A DNA stretch of 64,000 nt from NCBI RefSeq assembly GCF_009914755.1, contig NC_060927.1; one strand, 5' to 3'. This DNA comes from the human T2T-CHM13v2.0 reference genome, Homo sapiens. The translations under genes were made by a program, and so were the position numbers. Below are positions 52,829-64,000 of the stretch, in pieces. The first letter of the stretch is position 1, and each line of letters starts with the position of its first letter. The notes beneath the pieces are model-generated. The model made no database searches and was not told where the DNA came from. It saw only the letters and a program-made list of their open reading frames with translations.

Positions 52829-55800
52829 TTATACTTAGGATATTTCTTTTCGACTAAAATAAAAACGTGATTCTGTATAAATTATAAATTAGTATATTTA
52901 TAACACATATACAAAATTTAGCAGAGGAAAGTTTCAAGCAATTATAAATTCCTAAATAGTATTATTACGATACTCAGATTAAACCCTCAGGATTATTGCT
53001 CACCCTTTAGTAAGCCTGGATGATCTTCCAGAGATAAAGGGAACCATACTCTTTTTAGAGATACAAATAATTTTAGAAACAATTGCAGTCTATTCCCTTT
53101 ATTTTACAAAAGCATATGAGAAAACGTAAGTCAAACAGTGGCTGTGATCACATTTTGAACCCTGAACTTGTGAAAAGAGGTATTCAAGACCATGTTCACA
53201 CTAATAACATAACTTAATGTTTCTAAGGAGAAGGAAGTGAAAGGCATGCTTCTAAATGCTTTTTAGCCCATTTCCCAAACTAATTTTTCAAATTAGGACT
53301 ATTTCTGTGTCTCATACAGTTCTAGGTCTAGCACCACTAGAGAATCTTAGGGCAAACTTCATTTTCACAGAAAAAAAAATTCCTTTGTCTTTTTTTTTTT
53401 CCCATTCTAATTGGAATAAATAAAGCCCAAACAGAACTTTCACACAAAAGTGTCATTGTCACTGATTAATTCCATCATAACTTCTTTGGCTGCTGACATT
53501 ATCTCCTAACTGTGGTGTTCTGAACTGTTGTAAATATTACTTTACACATTCTTAAAATGTCCCACTAATCATCTGTAAGGTAATCAGTTCCTTTAATCAC
53601 ATTTAAGTATGAAATCATAGATTTTATGTGATTTAATTTTATTCTTCGTGATAGCAATAATACTAGACTGGGGCCCATGGAATGTGGCATTTGTATTCCA
53701 CAGGTTCATTTCTGAGTCTTAATTATAATAGAATGCCCCGCTGGATAGAGAGTAGATCTGTTGTGAAATTCAAAATATTGCCACTGATTTTTGTATTATT
53801 ATTATCTAGAAGCTTGCTATTCTATCACAAAGAGAATAAAGTTATTTGGGCCTAATTTATTCTTTACAGACCCTGGCTGTTTACTGCCTTGACGCTTCCT
53901 GTTTCTCTGGGTAATATCAAATTGATTAGTAAAAGAATCTTTACATGATCTTCCAAGTAATCAAAATTAAACTGTTCAGCTAGAATAATATATTCTTTTT
54001 ATTATTTATTAAAGAGAGATGCTGCATAGTCTACATTTCTATTTTTTTATGAATTTTGCCTTTTAGAGTTAGGCTTTTAATGAACTTAAATCCTGACTTA
54101 AGGAATCTTAACTTTTAGTGTCTCCTCTTTGCTGTACTCCCTTTCTACTAATTTCTACTCCTTTACTCCAAAACTGTATTTGGAAATTAACCTAATAAAA
54201 TTGCTCTCAGATTTCATCAGATTTCCATTTGACATGAAAAATGAAAAACAGTGGGAATCTCCCCTAGTACATTCCAAGTTTTCTTATTCCCATTGCTTTT
54301 TCGTCTCTTGGCATTAATTCATGTTTACACCCACTATGATCATTCCTTCCTCCATCTTCACTGCTTCTTGAGATAAATTGCAAACCCAGGTAACAAATCA
54401 GCAGCTGGAGGAGCAGGTACACAGACATCAGCTTGTGACTCTGCACATAAGCAAGAGTTAGCCAAGGGTGAAGAATCTTCCCCAAATTGTCTGAAAGTAA
54501 TGGAAAATGTGGCTCATGTTTATATAACTTTATTAGGGGTAGTCAAACTACTTATCTAAAGCTTTTCAAAAATCAGAAGGAAAACAGCAGCATAATAAAT
54601 TGGCCTCAAAATTAATTTGTTCAAAAGATCATAGAGCACTGGAAACCAGGGAATTTAAAGAGCAGATGCCCCTTGAGCATCTCAGGTATCATTTTTAAAA
54701 ACCTGAAACAGACGAGAAAATATTTAATAAAGCAAATAAGATACACAGTTAATTATACATTTTGTTCTGATCGTCTGATGCAAGTACAAAGGGACTACTA
54801 AGAAGAAATTTTTCCATATATGGAACAGTATTTTGACATATGACATCTGTGCATACTTCCTTTCAAATTTGCTTCATGGTATAATTTTCTCAGTGTATTT
54901 ATTAAGTGACATGAATAAAAACATTTCAAGATCCCATGGTGTGTTTTCAGAAAGATGTTTTTTAAAAAGTCTATTTTGAGGAAGATTCCACATTTGTTGT
55001 CTCAGTAGACATTTTCATGCTAGGCTCCGGAAGAAATAAGAGCTTCTGATTGTGCTAATAATTTAAAAACTTTAAAGATTATGTAATTGATGCAGTATAA
55101 TTTCAAAGTGAAATTATATATCTGTATTTGATACTGTACAAATAAATGGAAATCTGCTTCTGTTCATTGCAGCAAATAGTTTTTGTTTTGCAACTTATTT
55201 ATTTATTACTCCATATGTTCCCATATGCTGAAACAATATTCATAGAGAGCTCAATGGAAAATAAAATAATCAATTTAACATTGCAAATAGGTGCCAAATA
55301 AATTAGTCTTGCTGAAGAAATAAGTGAATTTCCAGACCTCAAATACTGAGGTTAGACACTTATACAGAATATAGTGGGGCCTTGGGAAAAATTTACTTGC
55401 TAAGGTTGTATTGCTTTTCACCTCTTATTTTCTTCTCATTATAAAACAGACTCTCAAATTGATAACACAAGCACATACCTAAAGTTCTAGTTTTATGGTA
55501 AATTGTCCAAAATTTGTGGTGAAATAATTTTTGACATAAAACAATGAATAAAATACATAGATTCAAAGATTACACTTGTTTATGCCTCAGGCTTATTTTG
55601 ATGACTGAAACGTGGGAAAACGTAAGAGTCTTGCAAATGTTGTCACCTTCACCTCATGAACTCCATCCTTTTGTCCTCCAACAAAAGCATATATCATAAT
55701 GATCCTCATTGTTAACTAGCTAACATTTCGACTCACATTAAAACCATAAAATTTTACTGCTAAAGTTAGAAAAATAACTCTAAAATGGACGCATTTCTTT

Positions 55801-57019
55801 GTCTTTTTATTTTCTGTTTAAAATATATTGGATTTTTTTAAAAGAAAAAAATTTCACATTTTGCCTTCGTCTATCTTGTGTTATTCTACTTTAACAAAGT
55901 GAGTATTATTACTTCCTAGAAGATGTATATTTCAGAACAGTGAGTGAGCTGTACAGACTTTAATGGTATAGGATTCACAATTACTTATTGACAAAGGTGT
56001 AATAAAAGGTTAATGAATGTTAACTTGCTAATTAAAATTCATTAGCATAACATTGTCTTATGTTAAAGATATTCAGATATGAAATTATGGGTTGCTTTTA
56101 TTTTAGTTTAGCTTTGCTATTTTTGTTTCTAATTTAGGAGCTCTGACATTTAAATTTTTTTTCCTGCTACCAAAGATATCAACTGTGATGACTGATGAAT
56201 GTACCATAAATGTTATGACCATATTCCCTGAATTTTTATATTCTATCTATGTTCTTTGGAGCTATAACTAATTTAGAATAGCCATACACCTACTGTTATA
56301 TTTAGTTGTTAACAAATATGCAATGTTTCAAATAACACTGGATATACATATTACATATTTCTGATTATGTTTTAAGAGTAAATCCCAGAAGAATGAAAGC
56401 ATCTTAACCATGTCCTGAAAACTTGTACCATTTGCCTGCCTTCAGTTGGCTTCCCTGTAATACTCAATACAAGACATCATGATTTCTTAAAAATAGTATT
56501 TTTCAAATGGATTAGGAAAATGGTAATTCATTTTGTTTGCAATGTTGTTCAAAGAGAAATTTTAATTTTTCTATCATTTAAACATGAAAAAACAAAAATG
56601 ACTATTATTTTATATATTATATAAAACAAATTTACATAAATGATTTGATTTATTTAATTTAAATACATTCTTTGTTTCTACTTTTGTTTCTGCTCCAAAG
56701 AGAAAAGTTTTCCAACTTAGACAATCAGTAAACCATGTGCCACAGATTGATAAAATTTAATGATTACACAGAGTAAGGAGGTATAGAATTATAAAATTAT
56801 AAAACATTTCATTTTGTGTTTTACCCATTCACTTATGCATTCAATTACAATATACTGAGTAATTTCTATGCTCCTAAAATAAGCCTTTTGTACAGTGGCT
56901 TCTAGAGTTTACATCAGAAAAATATGTATGTCTCTTACCTAAAAGGAAAATTAAAATTGAACTCCATTAAATGTGACAATGTCTGCATCTACTCATATAT
57001 TCATGTTATAAAATTTATA

Positions 57020-57200
57020 AAATATTAGAACTTAAAGGAACTGATGAATTGCTGCTATCACCCTCATAATTGATTTTTGTATAGAATGAAAGTGGGACAT
57101 AGGAAGTTAAACAACTTGTACAAGGTTACACTGCACATTAAAAGCTGTGAAAAGAACCATGGTATAGGATTCCAGATCTAGTATCCTTTCAATGACTGGA
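57020..57200 (-). mobile_element. MIR
   Basis: gaagttaaacaacttgtacaaggttacac...gattccagatctagt. Confidence 0.55.
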
Positions 57201-57999
57201 ATATGTCATAGCAGTAATGAGACTGATTTTTCTATGGATAAATTAGAATATTTTGATATGGTGAAATGTTACCTTATATAACAAAAAAAAATGCTCATAT
57301 AACTTGCCTTTAGACTACGACTTTTCTGGTATGCTTACACTGTGTTTGTTTCACCAATAGATGGCAAACTTAACTGCTTATATTATAGTTTTATGATTTA
57401 ACAGTCTGGTCAGCTACACAGAAATCCTCCATTTATTGGGACTTTAAGAATATGCTACTATTTTAAGCAAGCTGTGCTTTATAAAGGGAATATGTAAGTT
57501 TCTTTGCTGGTTGTTTAAAAAACTCAGTCACCTGTCAATACAGCAATATATTGTAAGTCAAATCAATACTTATGCCAATCAGGAAATAATTTTTTTCTAA
57601 ATATGTTCTACCCGAGTCTTCTATAGTCCTTTAATAGATAAAATGTTATATAACAGTATACACAATCCAGTTTTACATATTTAAACTTTCATGACACTTT
57701 TTCATATTACTGCTAGTTTTATCTCTGGGCCTACCTTCATATTATTCTGCTATACATATTTAGACCAAAGAATAAACTGTTAATAAGTGATTTAATGTAC
57801 ACGTCAAAGTAAGATGTGTTCTAATCTGCTTTCTCAACTTCCTTGATAAACTAAATTGACTGTATTATATAGATATTTTTAGCTTCCTGAACACTATTTT
57901 AAAGTGTCCATTTAGGAGAACTTTATGTTCTAGACTGAAATCATTCTAATTTTTTAAACTCCACTGCTTGAACTTTTGTTATAAATTAGAAAACAAACA

Positions 58000-58167
58000 C
58001 TAGATTATTTCTGAGAAATAGTCTAATTTTGTTACATCCACCGAGCAGTTGGAATGGTCCATAGATGTGTGTACGCGCGAATATTTCTCAGATTTTATCA
58101 GTATTCTTTCAGGCCTTCTGATATCACATGCAGAGTCACTCCCCATTAATAGCTCATGTGGATTGTT
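58000..58167 (-). other. Candidate (terminal) exon of an unidentified gene
   Basis: Minus-strand acceptor taaataacttctctctgtttatcacaccacAG|AACAATC, with locally retained CpGs. It is followed downstream by ~5 kb of TE-poor DNA. Confidence 0.3.
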
Positions 58168-58481
58168 CTGTGGTGTGATAAACAGAGAGAAGTTATTTAT
58201 CTCCAAAAGCTAAGTTATTAGCCCACAGTTTCCAGAAAAGACGAAGACAGTGCCTTATTAAAGTATAAAGAATCCCTCACTTTTTAACCTTTTAAGTGAA
58301 AATGCATAACAACACTCTCCATTGATCATCGCCGTTAGTACTTGGCTCACTGATTTCTTCATTGCTATTTCAGTCATCATTGGTGGAAATTCAACACGGA
58401 TCCATCTAAAATCTTTGACCTGCTCAACTCCTGGATCTTGTCTTCATCTCTTTAATTCCCATGTCAAAAATCTGCATTTTA

Positions 58482-58851
<370 letters not shown>

Positions 58852-59404
58852 TGAAGTAATTCCATTCCAGCTACCTTTCAATCTTTCACAGGCCTCCAAT
58901 AATTGACTCTATGTTTTTCCTCTCCAAATCCATTTTTACCTTTGCCTTCCTACACACCCTGTCCTCACAGCCCTCCTCATGCACCCAAGATTCCTTAGAT
59001 TCCTTGGTGACTATGCAGCACCGCAGCACTATAGCCAATGTCTTTCTAAGGCCTTGGTCTTTTTTGTCCTCTTCACCCACTGACCTAGTTGCTGGCAAAA
59101 CCCCAACAATTGTTAAATCCAACCATTTATCCACCAGTCTCAGCAGCTATCTATGAATGAAGAAAAAATCCTTCCATTGTGTGAACTGATCTCACTTTAT
59201 ATTTACAAATCACAAGTGGGCATTCAGCACACATAGAGATTTCAGCACATATCTCCAAGCACTTAAATTACCATTTCCATACTGTTTTTCTCTTTCCAAA
59301 CACACCACACCCCCTTACTCTACCCTGAAGATGGTAAATCAAATGTTATTGAAAATATTTATCGTAAGAATTGATCTTATCTTTCCAAAACCAATTCACT
59401 CATG

Positions 59405-59464
59405 TATCTGTATCTGTACCTAGATAGTCTTGTCTATCTGTATCTGTACCTGGATAGTCTTGTC
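59405..59464 (+). repeat. 30-bp tandem duplication
   Basis: tatctgtatctgtacct(a/g)gatagtcttgtc occurs twice with 1 mismatch. Confidence 0.92.
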
Positions 59465-60263
59465 TTTCCTCCTGTTACATAGAGATGTCTGCTGTTATCT
59501 AAGACCAACTTCTTCATATGTGGTTTGAAGAACCTCATTGACTCTCATTTATTGATTGTCCTTGCTCTACAGTTAGGTCCCCTCTCTCTCCATCATTAAG
59601 ATTTTCTTACCTCTAAATCATTCCCAACAGTAAAGCAAACAAACAACAAAAATGTTTTAATATCATTCTATATTTTTAAAAATGGCCTCATAGGGCTCAC
59701 CAGCCAACAGCTTCTATTCATTTTCTCTATTCTCTTTCTCATTAAAACACCTTAGAAGAATTTTCTGTAGTAATTGAACCTACTCTTGTACTTAAGTCCT
59801 CTTCTCAACCCATCCAAAATGGTTGTCAATGCACCTCTCAATTTCACTGAAATTGTTCCTTCAAATGTCGAGCGATCTCCACTCTGTTGTCCATTCCTTC
59901 CTTCTCAGTAGACTGTCTCTCTCAGCTGTTGTAACACCACACTCTTTGGAATGTCTTTTTAAACTCACTGGCCATTTCTTTTCATGATTTTTTGCTGGTT
60001 TTCAATGCTGGATTTCTCTAGGCTTCCTTTAAGCCCTCTTTTTTCTTTCCAAGCCACAATTTCTCTTTATGTAACCTTTTCCAGGCCTATGGCTTGGACC
60101 AACCTTGCATCTTATCTCCAGCTCCACCTTCTCTTTTGATCTCCATATTTATACATCCTATCCACCACTTTGTATCTCTGCAGGTGTATTTAATATAAAA
60201 ACTTTAAATATATTTCAAACAGAATGTTTAGTCATCTTTCTACAAGCCAAAGCTAATTCTCTA

Positions 60264-60591
<328 letters not shown>

Positions 60592-61390
60592 TAAGAATTA
60601 TGCTTTCTTGCTTTATTTTCCCTGGAGTCTATGCGCAACATGTCATCACTTTCATTGACCTTATCACCACCATACATCTAGAATCTTTTCACTCTCCGAA
60701 GTCATTATAGCTGAATCTCTAACCTAAGCCATCATTGCTCACCTGGCTTAAAGAGTGGACAAAACAAACTTAAAAGCTTAAATCATAACATTTTTTTCCC
60801 TAGCTCAACACTCCTCTAATTGTTCCCCTGAAAGTGAAAGGCCATGTAAGACCTGCATCCTGATTTCCTCTCCATCCTCAATTCCCAACACTCCTTCTTT
60901 TTTTCTTTATGCTTTAGCCAAAATAATCTTTCTCCCATCACTTATATATGTCAAAATTATTCCTATCTTGGAAACTCCGGACTGTTTCTGGAATTTATTT
61001 TCTTTCAATATTTTAAATGTCTTCTTATCACATAGGTTCAGCTTAAATGTCTTCAGGGTTCTTAACAACTACCATAGCTAGTCACCCTCCATAAAGTTTA
61101 TGTTTCAACCCAAAAATACTAGCTATTGGTTTATACATTTCTTGACTGTCTCCCCTGGAATGCAAGCTTCATGAGGCCAGTGACTTTGTGTCACTTGTTC
61201 ACCAACACATCCAGAATACCTAGAGCAATCATTCTCAGGTGGTAGGGCCTCAAACATATAGATAAAAAATTAGAGGTAGGTTTGGAACATGAGCACTTCA
61301 CCGTACATCAAATTATTTTCATGAATAGTTTTAATTGCAGTTATTCAGTCTTATGGAAATCACAGTTTTCTTAAAAATTTTAAGATAACA

Positions 61391-61786
61391 ATATAACTTG
61401 CTATGTCTGCCATAATAACGTACCTAAGATCGTGTGACTTAAACAGCAGGCATTTGTTTTTCCACAGTTCTGGAAGACAAAAGTCTAATATCAAATGTTG
61501 GCAGGATTGGTTTATTTTGAGGCTTCACTTGTTGGTTTGCAAATGGTTTGCACCTTCTCCCTGTGTCTTCATAGCAACTTTTCTCTGGACATGGCTGTAT
61601 CCAATTTTCTTCTTCTTTTAAGAACACCAATTATATTAGATTAAGACCCATCTTAATGACCCCATCTTAACTGAATTGTGTCTTTAAAGATTCTATTTCC
61701 AAATATAGTCACATTCTGATACATTGGAGGTTAGAACTTCAACATCTAAATTTTAAGTGAGGGAGGACACATTTCAGTTCATAAGA
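61391..61786 (-). mobile_element. MLT1 (A-C type) solo LTR
   Basis: ctgccataa...cttaaacagcag...cacagttctggaagac...ttccaaatatagtcacattctga...gacacatttcagttcataa. Confidence 0.82.
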
Positions 61787-61809
61787 GATACCTATTGAGG
61801 AAGAGTCAA

Positions 61810-61935
61810 ATTTGCATTCTAATCTAGTTTTCCCAATTTTTAAGACCTTGTGGAAATTACTTAGCCACAATAAATCTCTTTCTTCATCAATAAAATGTTA
61901 ACAGTCATAAAGCAACTTTAAAGGATTATTGTGAA
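61810..61935 (+). mobile_element. MIR fragment
   Basis: gaccttgtggaaattactt...tttcttcatcaataaaatg...ggattattgtga. Confidence 0.55.
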
Positions 61936-61941
61936 CAGTAA

Positions 61942-62248
<307 letters not shown>

Positions 62249-62257
62249 ATATATATA

Positions 62258-62561
<304 letters not shown>

Positions 62562-63044
62562 TAATAGATGATAATATGTGTTTGTCACACAGTAGGTAAT
62601 CATTTTATGTTAGAAATTACTGTTGTTTCCATTTCTTTGTCTTTTCTGGGATGTATTATTATTTTTTCTATTGTGCTGTGTGTGCGTGTGTGTGTTTCTT
62701 TTTTATTATCATCTCTCTTTCAAGCTAAACTGCCTCCATATGTAGAATGAAGTATGTAGAATGAAGGTAGAGTAAGCAGAATAATTAATTATACGGAGCA
62801 TGTGCTCAATGTGCAACCACTCTGTACTGAACATCAGGAGCCCTGCTCACATGCTGCAAAATCCCTCCGGGTCACAATATTCATTTTGTCAGTAAAGCTT
62901 ATGCCTGTTTTGAATTGGCAGTCATGCATGGGGAGTGAGCAACAGTGAATTATCCTTGAGCACCTTTTATGTTTTCTTCAATCTGGGTGATGTTAGATAT
63001 GTACAAAATATGGTATCTGACCCTAAAGAGTAAATAATTCAATT

Positions 63045-63381
63045 TAGAGGTCTGCAAGCTTTTACTTTTTTATGTAAAGGACCAGAGAGTAAATATTTGA
63101 GGCTTTGCAGCCCATATGATCTCTGTGGCAATGATTCAACTCTGCTGTTGTAGTGCGAAAGCAGTCATGGACAATACATAAATAAATGAGCATGGCTGTG
63201 CTCCAATGAATATCTATTTATGGACACTGAAATTTGAATTTCATATAATTTTCACATGCCATGAAATACTATTCTACTTTTGATTGTTTTCAACAACTCA
63301 AAGTTACTTTGTAGTCTGTGGGCCTACAAAAATAGATAACAGACTACATTTGGCCTGTGGTCCATAAGTTATCAACCTCCG
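63045..63381 (-). mobile_element. MER58B hAT-Charlie DNA transposon fossil
   Basis: tgtaaaggaccagagagtaaatattt...aactctgctgttgtagtgcgaaagcagtcat...gacactgaaatttgaatttcatataattttcac. Confidence 0.85.
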
Positions 63382-63803
63382 ACCTAGCTTAAAAAGTGAG
63401 AAAATACTTTGGAAATGTATTGTGACTAAGACATGAAATTTATTGCTATGTTTTGTGGTATGGACTTTACTTAATTTCAGTGATCTAAGGTTATTAATAT
63501 TAATATTAATTCTCTTTTAAGCATGTCACAATGGGGTTTGATAGATCCCTCTACTTTCTACCCCTATCCCTCAGATGATAACTATATAGATAGCTATTAT
63601 TGTCTTCTAGATTGTTATTGTGTTGTTCGTATGAGCCCAGTCTCTAACCTCCAGCTTAAACAATTGGGCTTTTTGTACCCTATAAGAATCTATAAAGAGG
63701 CAATTCTCAGAGTCAATTCCTTTCTGGCAATTATTCAAGGATCTTAAGTAATAGTTATTTCTTGTCCCATAGGGGAGCAACTGAGTGTTAAAACCTAGAT
63801 AGA

Positions 63804-64000
63804 GGCCGGGTGCGGTGGCTCACACCTGTAATCCCAGCACTTTGGGAGGCCGAGGCAGGCGGATCACGAGGTCAAGAGATTGAGACCATCCTGGCCAACA
63901 TGGTGAAACCCCATCTCTACTAAAACTACAAAAATTAGCCGTGCGTGGTGGCGGGCGCCTGTAGTCCCAGCTACTCGGGAGGCTGAGGCAGGAGAATCGC
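63804..64000 (+). mobile_element. AluSc-like (cut by the window edge)
   Basis: ggccgggtgcggtggctcac...gatcacgaggtcaagagattgagaccatcctggccaac. Confidence 0.93.

Overview
This is 64 kb of hominoid (human-like) non-coding nuclear DNA. It is AT-rich and CpG-depleted, and roughly half of it is transposable elements. The clade call rests on AluY, an L1PA2-like 3' end and LTR12 elements. I recognise no protein-coding gene, and nearly all listed ORFs are chance or TE-derived frames. The window holds three solo LTR12 (ERV9) promoters, a 12-kb nested L1 complex, a THE1 provirus whose 5' half was replaced by filler DNA, and a complete MST provirus. It also holds a MER52A LTR, other ERV1/ERVL/MaLR solo LTRs, about ten Alus, and L2, MIR and DNA-transposon fossils. 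The L1 complex is a near full-length L1PB inside a twin-primed L1PA15/16, and the L1PB itself carries an LTR12C and two Alus. Non-TE signals worth checking are a 55-bp near-perfect hairpin (40347-40401), a consensus CTCF site (46067-46080), and a candidate minus-strand terminal exon starting at 58167 that is followed by a TE-poor tract resembling a long 3' UTR. I do not see convincing evidence of a new biological system. Subfamily names come from remembered consensus sequences, not from a database search.
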